The position numbers and the translations under genes are program-made. Shown piece after piece: positions 1 through 13,285 of a DNA stretch of 64,000 nucleotides (its first letter is position 1; each line of letters begins with the position of its first letter). Source of the stretch: Octopus sinensis (taxonomy: Eukaryota); NCBI RefSeq assembly GCF_006345805.1, contig NC_043023.1, forward strand, positions 13,826,001-13,890,000. Reading direction: 5' to 3'. The notes beneath the pieces are model-generated. The model did no database searches. It was not told the origin of the DNA and was given only the letters and a program-made list of their open reading frames with translations.

Positions 1-600
1 AACGGAAAGAGAGGGAGATGGGAGATGGGAGCTTGTGAAGTTGAGATAAAGAGAGAAGGGAAGGATGGAATGTGAATAAGAGAGAGACAGGAGGAGAGAG
101 AAATAGAGAGAGAGGAGGAGAGAGAGGAGGAGAGAGAAAGAGGAAGGGAGAGAAATAGATAGAGGTGGAAAGAGAAATATAAAGAGTGGAGGAGAGAGAA
201 AGAGAGGGAGAGGAGGAGAGAGAAATAGAGAGAGTGGAGGAGAGAGAAAAGAGAGAGGGGAGGAGAGAGAAAGAGGAAGGGAGAGAAATAGAGAGAGAGG
301 TGGAAAGAGAAATAGAGAGAGTGGAGGAGAGAGAAAGAGAGAGACAGGAGGAGTGAGAAATAGAGAGAGTGGAGGAGAGAGAAGAGAGAGAAAGAGAGAG
401 AGGAGAAGGAAAGAGAGGAGGAAAGAGAAAGAGGAGGAAAGAGAGAACGAGAGAGAAAGAGAAAAAGGTGAGAGAGAGAGATTTAATGGAAGTGAGTGAA
501 AGAGCGTGAGTGAGATTATGTAAGTGGGAAAAGAGGGAAGGAAGGAAAGTGTGAGAAGTTGAGAGAAAGAAAGAGAACGAGAGAGTGAGTGAGACGGTAT
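1..600 (+). repeat. Polypurine (GA/GGA-rich) low-complexity tract
   Basis: Almost only A and G over 600 bp (gagaga, ggaggagagagaaa units). Confidence 0.95.
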
Positions 601-1180
601 TAGATTAAGAGATAGATAGATAGATAGATCATAGATAGATATAATAGATCGATAGAGATGATATATAGATAGAGATAGATATATGAGAGCAGGAGATATA
701 GAGAACAGAGTAGATAGTAGACAGATCGATAGATAGACAGATAGACATACGATAGATAGACAGATATATAGATAGATATAACTACAGAGAGATAGATATA
801 GATAATAAGATAGACAGACAGACAGATAGATAGTAGATATGATAGATAAATTATATATAGATGAGATAGATAGATAGATGACAGATAGAATAGATAGACA
901 GATAGATAGATAGATAGGCAGGTAGAGTATAAGCAGATAGACAGATAGATAGATAGACAGATAGATAGATAGAATAGAATAGACGAGAGATAGATATAGA
1001 TGATAGACCGACAGACAACAATGATAGATAGATAGATAGATTAAATAGATATATAGATTAGATAGATAGATAGACATAGTATATAGACAGAATAGATGAT
1101 AGATAGACAGATAGATAGATAGACAGATAGACAGAGATAGATAGATAGATAGATAGATAGTAGATAGATAAATAGATAGA

Positions 1181-1212
<32 letters not shown>

Positions 1213-1373
1213 TAGATAGATAGATAGCGATAGATAGATAGATAGATATATAGATAGAGATAGATAGATAGATAGACAGATAGATATAGATAGACAGATA
1301 GATAGATAGATAGATAGATAGACAGAGAGATAGATAGATAGATAGATAGATAGAGAAAGAGAGAGAGAGAGAG
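601..1373 (+). repeat. (GATA/GACA)n microsatellite ending in (GA)n
   Basis: Direct tetranucleotide periodicity; the 5' half is degenerate. Confidence 0.95.
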
Positions 1374-1411
1374 ATGATGATGAAAGTGAGTAAAGGCGTG
1401 AGTGCACGCGC

Positions 1412-2883
<1,472 letters not shown>

Positions 2884-3045
2884 TGAGACAAACACGACCA
2901 CGACAACCACCACCACCACCACTTTTACTGCTACTAATAGAAAGACGACCACCACCACCGCCACCATCGTCACCACCACTATTAGTAATCACAGTACCAC
3001 AACCACTACTACTACTGTTTAACTACTAATAATTACTATAGGCAC

Positions 3046-4575
3046 AAGGCCAGAAATTTTTAAGAGGATGTTGTTTATATCATATCCTAGTTGTTCAGTC
3101 GGAACTTATTTTATTGGCCTCGAAAGAATGAGAGACAAAGTTGACCTCGGCGGAATTTGAACTCAGAACGTAACGACAGACGAAATACCTATTTCTTTAC
3201 TACCTACAAGGGGCTAAACATAGAGGGCACAAACGGATTGAGTGGATTACATCGACCCCAGTGCGTAACTGGTACTTAATTTATCGACCCCGAAAGGATG
3301 AAAGACAAAGTCGACCTCGGCGGAATTTGAACTCAGAACATGTGTAGCGGCATTTCGTTCTGAGTTCAAATTCCGCCGAGGTCGACTTTGCCTTTCATCC
3401 TTTCGGGGTCGATTACATAAGTACCAGTTACGCACTGGGGTCGATGTAATAGACTTAATATCTTTGCCTGTCTTTGTTTGTCCTCTCTGTGTTTAGCCCC
3501 TTGAGGGTAGCAAAGAAATAGGTATTTCGTCTGTCGTTACTTTCTGAGTTCAAATTCCGCCGAGGTCGACTTTGCCTTTCATCCTTTCGGGGTCGATTAA
3601 ATAAGTACCAGTTACGCACTGGGGTCGATGTAGTCGACTTATCTCTTCCCCCGGAATTGCTACCTTTGTGGCAAAAAGTTGGAACTATTATTATTATGAA
3701 TAAGGCCTCCAATTTGTGTGGAGGGGACTACACGATTACATCGACCCCAGTGTTTCACTTGTACTTAATTTATCGACCCCGAAAGGACGAAAGGTAAAGT
3801 CGACCTCGACTGTATTTGAACTCAGAACGTAGCGACAGGCGAAATACCCCTAAGCATTTCGTCCCGCGCACTAACGATTCTGCCACCTTGCCGCCTTGAT
3901 AATAATAATAGTAGTAGCAATAGTAATAATAATATTATTATTGTGCCTCTACTGGAGGCACAAGGCCTCAAATTCGTGTGTAGGGGAGTAGTCGATTATA
4001 TCAACCCCAGTGTTTCACTGGTACTTAATTTATCGATCCCGAAAGGATGAAAGGCAAAACTCGACCTCGACGGAATTTGAACTCAGTACGTAATTATGAT
4101 AATGTTCTTTGTTAGCCACAGGGGCATAGATGAGGAAGGGGGCCAAATTTTGGCACAGGGCCAGTAATTTTCGGGGTAAGGTGTGAGTTAGTTACATCGA
4201 CCACCTTACTAGTTTGTTAATTATTTTGCCGGTTTCTTTATTACCCACAAGGGGCTAAACACAGAGGGGACGAACAAGGACAGACAAACGGATTAAGTCG
4301 ATTACATCGACCCCAGTGCGTAACTGGTACTTAATTTATCGACCCCGAAAGGATGAAAGGCAAAGTCGACCTCAGCGGAATTTGAGCTCAGAACGTAGCG
4401 GCAGACGAAATACCTATTTCTTTATTACCCACAAGGGGCTAAACACAGAGGGGACAAACAAGGACAGACAAACGGATTAAGTCGATCACATCGACCCCAG
4501 TACGTAACTGGTACTTAATTTATCGACACCGAAAAGTGTGAATGGCAATGTTGACCTCGGCGGCATTTGAACTTA
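3046..4575. mobile_element. Cluster of tRNA-derived SINE family B copies in both orientations
   Basis: Repeated core gagttcaaattccgccgaggtcgactttgcctttcatcctttcggggtcgat...actggggtcgatgtaatcgac; B-box-like GAGTTCAAATTCC. Confidence 0.9.
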
Positions 4576-4929
4576 ATAACATCAATAACAATAATGATAA
4601 TTTAGGAAGAAAGTAACGAATACGCACACCACCCGCTTTCGACTTTTAAGGTTAGTGTTACGACGATAAACGGGTGGCGTACATATTCTTTACCTCCGCT
4701 GATAATTTGTGAGGTAAGATACCCGACTAGGCAAATGTTTTTAGCAGGTTTTAGGGTGGGAACTATCAGTGGCTTGAATAATTTATCATAGAACACGGCT
4801 GGTACTTTAGTTTACCGACACCGGAAGGATGACACAAAAAAGTTTGGTTGACCTCTGAACGTAAAATAAGATTATTTAAAACTGAAATGTCACAGGACAT
4901 TTTATTTACGTCCGATACACAACAGATTC

Positions 4930-5590
4930 GGATCTTTTCGGTTTGAACGGCAGTTTTTAAAAATAATTTCCACGTAACTAAACACTTTTAAACTTCGTAT
5001 ACTGGTAGAATGTGTTTATAAAACATCTTCTTCTCTTGGCTTTATTGAGAAAATTCTATAGTTTGTGAGATATTTGTTGTTTTTCTTCTGCAATTTCAAC
5101 CATTCAATGACGTCTATTAAGGTAAAAAACATTCTGTGCCGTATGGATATGTCCCTCGTTTAAGAAACAGGGATCTTTTCAGTTTGAACGGCAGTTTTTA
5201 ACATAATTTCCACGTAACTAAACACTTTTAAACTTCGTATACTGGTAGAATGTGTTTATAAAACATCTTTTTCTCTTGGCTTATGTTGAGAACATTCTAT
5301 AGTTTGTAACATATTTGTTGTTTTTTCTTCAATTTCTGCAATTTCAACCAATCAGTGACGTCTATTGAGATAAAAAACATTCTGTGCCGTATGAATATGT
5401 CCCTCGTTTAAGAAACTGATTGGGTTTATTTACATTTGTGAAGTAAAAAAAGATACCCTTACCCTCACCCCTGACAAACCCTAACCCTAAAACAGATTGA
5501 AATGCAATAGATCGATACTAGGGTCATAATTATGGGTGACGATTTCATATGACACCGCTAGAAAAACTGCCGTTGAAACCGAAATGAACC
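4930..5590 (-). mobile_element. MITE family H with a duplicated 240-bp terminal block
   Basis: TIR ggatcttttcggtttgaacggcagttttt at 4930 and again at 5171; opposite TIR aaaaactgccgttgaaaccgaaa near 5563-5585. Confidence 0.8.
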
Positions 5591-6045
5591 ACCGATTCTT
5601 CAAGTCTCCCTAATTTTGATGATAATAATAATAATAATAATAATCTTTTCTACTCTAGGCACAAGGCCTGAAATTTTGGGGGAGGAGGCCAGTCGATTAA
5701 ATCGACCCCAGTATGTAACTGGTGCTTTATTTATCGACCTCGAAATGATGAAAGGCAAAGTCGACCTCGGCGGAAATAATAATAATAATAATGATGATAA
5801 TAATAATAATAATAGTAATGGCAATGGTTTCATATTTCGGCACAAGGTAAGCTATTTCGGGGAGGCGGGATGTCGATTCACATCGAACCCTAGTGCATAA
5901 CTGGTACTTATTACATCGAACCCCTGAGAGGTTGAAATGTAAAGTCGACCTCGGTGGAATTTGAACTCAGAATGTAAAGACAGGCGAAATGCCGCTAAGC
6001 ATTTTGCCCGATGTCTTAACGATTCTGCCAGCTCACCACCTTACT

Positions 6046-6410
6046 CTTTTACTCGTTTCATTCATTTGACTGCGGCCATGCTGGAGCACCGCCTTTGAGT
6101 CGAGCAACTCGACCCCGGGACTTATTCTTTTGTAAGCTCAGTACTTATTCTATCGGTCTCTTTTGCCGAACCGCTAAGTGACGGGGACATAAACACACCA
6201 GCATCGGTTGTCAAGCAATGATAGGGGGACAAACACAGACATACATATATATATACATATATACGATGGGCTTCTTTCAGTTTCCGTCTATCAAATCCAC
6301 TCACAAGGCTTTGGTCGGCCCGAGGCTATAGTAGAAGACACTTACCCAAGGTGCCACGCAGTGGGACTGAACTCGGAGCCACGTGGTTGGTAAACAAGCT
6401 ACTTACCACA
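6046..6410 (-). mobile_element. Composite tRNA-SINE family A
   Basis: Reverse complement of head gtggtaagtagcttg...ggttcagtcccactgcgtggcaccttgggcaagtg, (TA)n linker, and tail ...ccagcatggccgcagtcaaatgactgaaacaagtaaaagag. Confidence 0.9.
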
Positions 6411-6418
6411 TAAGTGGA

Positions 6419-6790
6419 AGCGCAATGGCCCAGTGGTTAGAGCAGCGGACTCGCGGTCGGAGGATCGCGGTTTCGATTCCCAGACCAGGCATTGTGAGTG
6501 TTTATTGAGCGAAAACACCTAAAAGCTCCATGAGGCTCCGGCAGGGGATGGTGGTGATCCCTGCTGTACTCTTTCACCACAACTTTCTCTCTTTCTTCCT
6601 GTTTCTGTTGTACCTGTATTTCAAAGGGCCAGCCTTGTCACATTCTGTGTGTCACGCTTAATCTCCTCGAGAACTACGTTAAGGGTACACGTGTCTGTGG
6701 AGTGTTCAGCCACTTGCATGTTAATATCACGAGCAAGCTGTTCCGTTGATCGTATCAGCTGGGAACCTCATCGTCGCAACCGACGGAGTG
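6419..6790 (+). mobile_element. tRNA-SINE family C
   Basis: Head gcgcaatggcccagtggttagagcagcggactcgcggtcggaggatcgcggtttcgattccc (A and B boxes); tail shared with family D. Confidence 0.88.
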
Positions 6791-6943
6791 CTCCTACTAC
6801 TTACCACATAATAATAATAATAATAATAATAATAATCATCATCATCTTTTCTACTAAATGCACAAGCCCTGAATATGGGGGAGGAGGATAGGCGATTACA
6901 TCGTCCCACAGTACTCAACAGGTACTTAATTTATTGATCTCGA

Positions 6944-7275
6944 AAGGTATTTTCTGTTGTCTTTGTTTGTCCGTGGACAAGATATCTCAAGAACCACTGG
7001 ATGGATTTGGATGAAACTTTCAGGGATGTTTGATCTTGTAACTAGCATGAACTGATTAGATTTTGGGATCAATCTGGTACCGGACAAGGATTCTGGATTA
7101 TTTTTGCCATTTTTTTACTTAAATTTTGAGAGCAGTCAGGTTCATTTTTAGTATTCTCATTTCTGAGAGCAGTCGAGTTTATTTCAGATATTCTCATTTT
7201 AAAAATCATCTCTTGCTAATCGTTTAGAGGATGGTGTTGCTTTAGCGGAGGTTTGCACTCTCAGAGTGCTCTTGT
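6944..7275 (+). mobile_element. Non-autonomous Helentron-type (HINE/DINE-like) element, 5' truncated
   Basis: Same body as the 14995-16873 copies; 3' end gcggaggtttgcactctcagagtgct. Confidence 0.7.
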
Positions 7276-7351
7276 CATTATTATCATTAGCGTAGTAGAT
7301 GAAATGCTTATCAGTATTTTGCCCTTCACTGCATTCTGAGTTCAAATTCCA

Positions 7352-8107
7352 CCGGTTTGGTGGAAGATTTTAATTCAAAACTTACGAAAACAAGACATTT
7401 GTACTACTGAGCCAGAGCTGGTTTTATTTTAAATATAACAAAGAATTTAGTAAAAATAACTTAATTATCATTAAGCTGGTGTTAGGAACATAAATTGTGA
7501 CTAAGGTTTGGTGGAAGATTTTAATTCAGATCTTTTGAAAACAAGACATTTGTACTACAGAGCCAGAGGTGGTTTCAGCCAGGTTTGTATCAAAAGGGTT
7601 AAGAATTGTTTCTCTATTATATATTTTAACCCTTTTGTTACCGTATTTATTTTGAGATACTCTGTGTTTCTTTCAATTACTTTAAATATAACAAAGAATT
7701 TAGTAAAATAACTTAGTTATCATTAAGCTAGTGTTAGGAACATAAATTGTGACTAAGGTTTGGTGGAAGATTTTAATTCAAAACTTATGAAAACAAGACA
7801 TTTGTACTACAGAGCCAGAGGTGGTTTCAGCCAGGTTCGTATCAAAAGGGTTAAGAATTGTTTCTCTATTATATATTTTAACCCTTTTGTTACCATATTT
7901 CTGTTGAGATGTTCTGTGTTTCTTTCAATTAATTTTAAATATAACAAAGAATTTAGTAAAATAACTTGGTTATCATTAAGCTAGTGTTAGGAACATAAAT
8001 TGTGACTAAGGTTTGTTGAGAGATTTTAATTCAAGACTGGTGAAAACAAGACATTTGTACTACAGAGCCAGAGGTGGTTTCAGCCAGGTTGGTATCGAAA
8101 GGGTTAA
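7352..8107 (+). mobile_element. Tandem array of piggyBac-like MITE family I (about 230 bp units)
   Basis: TTAA-CCCTTTTGTTACC...GGTATCGAAAGGG-TTAA termini; copies separated by an identical 23-bp spacer. Confidence 0.85.
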
Positions 8108-8423
8108 ACACACCTCTGCAGATGCATTGTACATAAGCAATTCACTTTATATACACCTAACAACCAGCAGTGAGACTGTTTTTAACAGGTCCCCAAACGG
8201 GGCTCATGGCAGGCAATGGGTTAATTCAGCTGCCCTCATTCATACACATCACATGTTCAAACCAGTACCGTCTTCTCTCTTTCACACTACGTCTGATTCC
8301 ACTTATGCTTGACTTGTTAAACGAGGGTGAGTCAAAAGTAATGCTGTTTTGTTTAGGACTGGTATAATTACCAACACAGGAACATGTATCATACATCAAA
8401 ATGAAGCTGGTCTTCTGTGATAC

Positions 8424-8845
8424 AGTTAAGTTAAGTTAAGTTAATTTTTTGGCTCAAAAAGCAAAAGCAAGGCCATGTAGGGGGACATGGAGTTATGTAC
8501 AGGGTGGTGTTCATACGAAGAGTTCAGGCCATTTCTGGTCAAGAGAGACTTTGAACCGAGCGGCCGTCGGCATCTTCACCATCTCATCCGGCAGCTTATT
8601 CCACGGATCCGCAACCCGGACGGAGAAAGCCCCTCTCCTTCGATTGAGAAGAAATTGTCGCAGATAGAGCTTTTCAGAGTGACCCCGCAGCCGATGCTCT
8701 GGAGCAGGAGTGAAGAACAGCTCTTTCGAGAGGTTACACTTTCCGCTTATGATATTGTGAGCAAGAATGCGATCACCACGGCATCGTCGTTTTTCTAGAG
8801 AATAAAGGTCGAGCAACTTCAGCCTTTCTTCATAAGACAAATATA
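8424..8845 (-). mobile_element. CR1-clade LINE 3' fragment, (TTAAC)n-tailed family
   Basis: Minus ORF YEERLKLLDLYSLEKRRCRGD...LRGHSEKL...FSVRVADPWNKLP; tail aattaacttaacttaac. Confidence 0.9.
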
Positions 8846-8865
8846 GTGAGTTATGCCTTCATTCA

Positions 8866-9640
8866 TCATCATCATCATCTTCGTTTAACATCTGTTCTCC
8901 TTGCTAGCATGGGTTGGATGGTTCGACCAGGGTCTGGGAAGCCAGGAGGCTGCACCAAGCCCCAATCTGATCTGACAGAGTTTCTACAGCTGGATGTCCT
9001 TTCTAATGCCTACCACTCCGTGAGTGTAGTGGGTGCTTTTTTACGTGCCAATGGAGGCTGGCAATGGCCACGATCGGTTGGCGCCTTTTACGTGCCACCG
9101 GCACAGAAGCCAGTCAAGGCGGCGCTGGCATCGGCCACGTTCGAATGGTGCTTTTTATGTGCCACTGGCACAGGGATCACAACTACAATTTCCATTGATT
9201 TTTGATGTTGGTGTACTTGACTTAAAGGCGGTGCTCCAGCATGGCCGCAGTCAAATGACTGAAACAAGTAAAAGAGAAAAGAGAAAAAGAGACTCAATAG
9301 GTCTCCTCAAGCACAGGGTCGAAACGGTGTTTCTTTACTTGCCACCTGCACAGCCGTTATATCCTATGACTGACATCGCCAGGTGACAGTCATAGGATTT
9401 GGTTCAATTCCGATATCGATTTCACTTGCCCCAACAGGTCTTCGCAAGCAGAGTTTTGTGTCCAATGAAGGGAGGTTGGCATGGGTGCCAGTCGTCGGAT
9501 GAGGTTCGATTTCGAATTCAATTTCGATTTCACTTGCCACAATAGGTCTTCGCAAGCAGAGTTTTTTTGTCCAAAGAAGGAAAGGTTTGCATAAGTGGGC
9601 TGGCTACATCCCTGGCAAATGCCACAGGTTATGGGCCTTC
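8866..9640 (-). mobile_element. RTE-LINE 3'-end-derived repeat (family F) with (ATG)n tail and an embedded SINE-A tail
   Basis: catcatcat tail, ctggatgtcctttctaatgcc, tandem ttttacgtgccaccggcac motifs, duplicated ttcacttgcc...ggtcttcgcaagc. Confidence 0.7.
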
Positions 9641-9694
9641 AGTAAATATAAAAATTTATTCAACTAAAAGTACATACAATAACAATTGCAGCGT

Positions 9695-10110
9695 AGGAGT
9701 GGCTGTGTGGTAAGTAGCTTGTTTACCAACCACATGGTTCCGGGTTCAGTCCCACTGCGTGGCACCTTGGGTAAGTGTCTTCTACTATAGCCTCGGGCCG
9801 ACCAAAGCCTTGTGAGTGGATTTGGTAGACAGAAACTGAAAGAAGCCCGTCGTATATATGTATATATATGTATATATATATGTATATATATATGTGTGTT
9901 TGTGTGTCTGTGTTTTTTCCCCCTAGCATTGCTTGACAACCGATGCTGGTGTGTTTATGTCCCCGTTACTTAGCGGTTCGGCAAAAGAGACCGATAAAAT
10001 AAGTATTGGGCTTACAAAAGAATAAGTCCTGGGGTCGATTTGCTTGATTGAAGGCGGTGCTCCAGCATGGCTGCAGTCCAATGACTGAAACAAGTAAAAG
10101 AGTAAAGAGT
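9695..10110 (+). mobile_element. Composite SINE family A
   Basis: Full head, (TA)n linker and tail. Confidence 0.9.
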
Positions 10111-10114
10111 ATAA

Positions 10115-10425
10115 GATGTTTGTAAGCCATTTAAGGACATACAAAAGAGCCATTAGATTCACTTGAACATTTAAATCAAATTTATGTCGAAATATTTTTG
10201 TCACTTTGAAACCGTGACCTGTTCACTGACAAAACTTCACAAAAGTTATATAGTACGACCTTTTATTAGTGAACAGGTCGTGATTTCGAGGTGACGAAAA
10301 TGTTTTGACACACATGAAATTTAAATGTTGAGGTGAATGCCTTACAAACATTTTCCACACTGCAATTGTTTTTGCTTCAGCACACGATTTCAGATCAAGT
10401 CACTTGCTATGCAAGTACATCTCTG
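10115..10425. mobile_element. Long-TIR foldback-like element family J (degenerate)
   Basis: Arms gtttgtaagccatttaag...gacctgttcactg and agtgaacaggtc...ccttacaaacattttccacactgcaattg. Confidence 0.7.
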
Positions 10426-10464
10426 TAACATATAATGACCTAAACTATCAACAAATTAGACTAA

Positions 10465-10666
10465 TAACTCTTTTACTTGTTTCAGTCATTTGACTGTGGC
10501 CATGCTGGAGCACCGCCTTTAGTCGAGCAAATCGACCCCGGGACTTATTCTTTGTAAGCCTAGTACTTATTCTATCAGTCTCTTTTGCCGAACCGCTAAG
10601 TGACGGGGACGTAAACACACTAGCATCAGTTGTCAAGCAATGCTAGGGGGACGAACACAGACACAA

Positions 10667-10699
<33 letters not shown>

Positions 10700-10868
10700 C
10701 ATATATACGACAGGCTTCTTTCAGTTTCCGTCTACCAAATCCACTCACAAGGCATTGGTCGGCCTGAGGCTATAGCAGAAGACACTTGTCCAAGATGCCA
10801 CGCAGTGGGATTGAACCCGGAACCATGTGGTTGGTTAGCAAGCTACTTACCACACAGCCACTCCTGCG
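10465..10868 (-). mobile_element. Composite SINE family A
   Basis: Reverse complement of the 9695-10110 copy. Confidence 0.9.
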
Positions 10869-11027
10869 CCTAATAAGTCTAAAAAAAAAAATATAAGTGC
10901 CTTTTATAAAGCCTAACCAGTCACATGTGCCCGGTTTCTCGGTTTCTATGGTATGTGTTCCCCAGCTGGATGGGACCCCAGTCCATCGCAGCGTTACCTA
11001 TTTTTGCCAGCTGAGTGAAATGAAGTC

Positions 11028-11500
11028 AATTGCAGCGTGGAAGGTGTTTGTAAGCCATTCAAGAAACACACAAAATCCGATAGATTCACTTCAACAATTA
11101 AGTTTGATTTGTCAAAATATTTTCCTCGCTTTAAGACCGCGACCTGTTCACTGACAAAAATCTGTGCTATATATATATTGGAAGGTGTTTGTAAGCCATT
11201 TAAGAAACACACAAAAGCCGTTCGATTCACTTCAACATTTAAGTTTAATTTGTCAAAATATTTTCGTCGCTAAAATCCGTGACCTGTTCACTGACAAAAA
11301 TCCGTGCTGCATCTCAGTGACCAGTTTGCGGATTTTAGTGACGAAAATATTTTGACAAATTAAATTTAAATGTTGAAGTGAATCTATTGGATTTTGTGTG
11401 TTTCTTAAATGGCTTATAAACACCTTCCACGCTGCAATTGTTATCATTCCAGCACACGATCTCAGATCAAATCACTTGCTATGCGAGTACATCTCTGAAA
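11028..11500. mobile_element. Foldback-like element family J with a duplicated left arm, nested in a SINE
   Basis: caattgcagcgtggaaggtg ... caccttccacgctgcaattg inverted ends; interrupts a SINE whose intact form is at 12120-12365. Confidence 0.75.
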
Positions 11501-11631
11501 TTAAGTGTTTTGCTCAAAAACACAATGCACCGCCCAGTCCAGGAATTGAAACCACAATCTTACGATCATGGTGCTGACACCCTAACCACTAAGCCACATG
11601 CCTCCACACACACACACACTCACATATATAT

Positions 11632-12000
11632 CATCATCATCATCATCATTTAGCATCCGCTTTCCATGCTAGCATGGGTTGGACGGTTCAACTGGGGTCT
11701 GTGAAGCCGGAAGGCTGCATCAGGCCCAGTCTGATCTGGCAGTGTTTCTACGGCTGGATGCCCTTCCTAACGCCAACCACTCCGTGAGTGTAGTGGGTGC
11801 TTTTTACGTGCCACCGGCACAGGTGCCAGGCGAGTCTGGCAAACGGCCACGATCGGATGGTGCTTTTTATGTGCCACCGGCACGGGGGCCAGGCGAGGCT
11901 GGCAACGGACACGAACGGACGGTGTTTTTACGTGCCACCGGCATGGGGGCCAGGCGAGGCTGGCAACGGACACGAACGGATGGTGCTTTTACGTGCCGAA
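11632..12000 (-). mobile_element. RTE-derived repeat family F
   Basis: (CAT)n followed by ttagcatccgctttccatgctagcatggg and tandem tacgtgccaccggcac units. Confidence 0.8.
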
Positions 12001-12454
12001 AACACAAAGAGAAAACACAACAACGCGAGGACATGGAACAAGTATAGTATTATTGGATGCTCAGGAAAGGAAAAAAAGAAGGAGGATTTAATGTTTCGAG
12101 CGGATATAAAAATAATAAATGTGCCCTTTTAAAGCCTAGCCAGGCTCATGGGCCCGGTTTCCTGGTTTCTATGGTGTATGTGTTTCCCAGTTGGACGTGA
12201 CGTAAGTCCATCGCAGCGTTACTCATTTTTGCCAGCTGAGTGGACTGGAGCAACTAGAAATGAAGTGTTTTGCTCAAGAACACAACACGTCGCCCGGTCC
12301 AGGAATTGAAACCACAATCTTACGATCATGGTGTTGACACCCTAACCACTAAGCCATGCACCTCCACACTAATACATCTAAATAAATAAAAATTGTAATT
12401 CTTGCAACTAAAGAAGTTGAATAAATCTATTGATTTGGATTCTTGCTAATGTAT

Positions 12455-13285
12455 GTGGTTTGGGCATTCGGCTCACGATCGTAAGGTCGTGGGTTCAATT
12501 CCTGGTGACACGTTGTGTCCTTGAGCAAGACACTTTATTTCACGTTGCTCCAGTCCACTCAGCTGGCAAAAACGAGTAGGACCTGTATTTCAAAAAAGGG
12601 CCAGCCTTGTCACACTCTGTATCACGCTGAATAACCCCGAGAACTACATTAAGGGTACACGTGTCTGTGGAGTACTCAGCCACTTGCAAGTTAATTTCAT
12701 GAGCAAGCTGTTCCATTGATCGGATCAGCTGGGACCCTCATGGTTGTAACCAATAGGGAGCCAGAGTAGACCCTTAGAACCACGTTATGGTATGCTTGTC
12801 TAAGGAGTACTCAGCCACTTGCAAGTTAATTTCATGAGCAAGCTGTTCTGTTGATCAGATCAGCTGGAACCCTCATGGTTGTAGCCAATAGGGAGCCAGA
12901 GTAGGCCCTTAGAACCACGTTTAGGTATGCTTGTCTGTGGAGTACTCAACCACTTGCTTGTTAATTTCATGAGCTGGCTGTTCCATTGATCGGATCAGCT
13001 GGGACCCTCGTCATGGTAACCGATGGAGTGCCATGATATATGCCCTAACCACTCGGCTCACGATCATAAAGTCGTAAGTTCAATTCCAGGTGAAGTGTTG
13101 TCTCCTTGAGCAAGACACTTTATTTCACGTAGCCCCAGTCCACTCAGCTGGCAAAAATGAAAAGTACCTGTATCTCAAAGGGCCAGCCTTGTCTTAGTCT
13201 GTGTCACACTGAACCTCCCTGAGAACTACGTTAAGGGTACACATGTCTGTGGTGTACTCAGCCACTTGCATGTTAATTTCATGAA
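12455..13285 (+). mobile_element. Two tRNA-SINE family D copies, the first with a triplicated tail segment
   Basis: Head cggctcacgatcgtaaggtcgtgggttcaattcc, tgtgtccttgagcaagacac core, tail repeated at about 135-bp period. Confidence 0.8.

Noticed and set aside
600-1060. Irregular degenerate GATA repeats (also 32760-33200 TATG)
   Set aside because: The indel pattern resembles unpolished long-read error rather than biology
5488-5500. Telomeric CCCTAA repeats
   Set aside because: Only two units, internal to MITE H; not an interstitial telomere
6419-6490. tRNA genes at SINE heads
   Set aside because: The heads run directly into SINE bodies and lack intact cloverleaf stems
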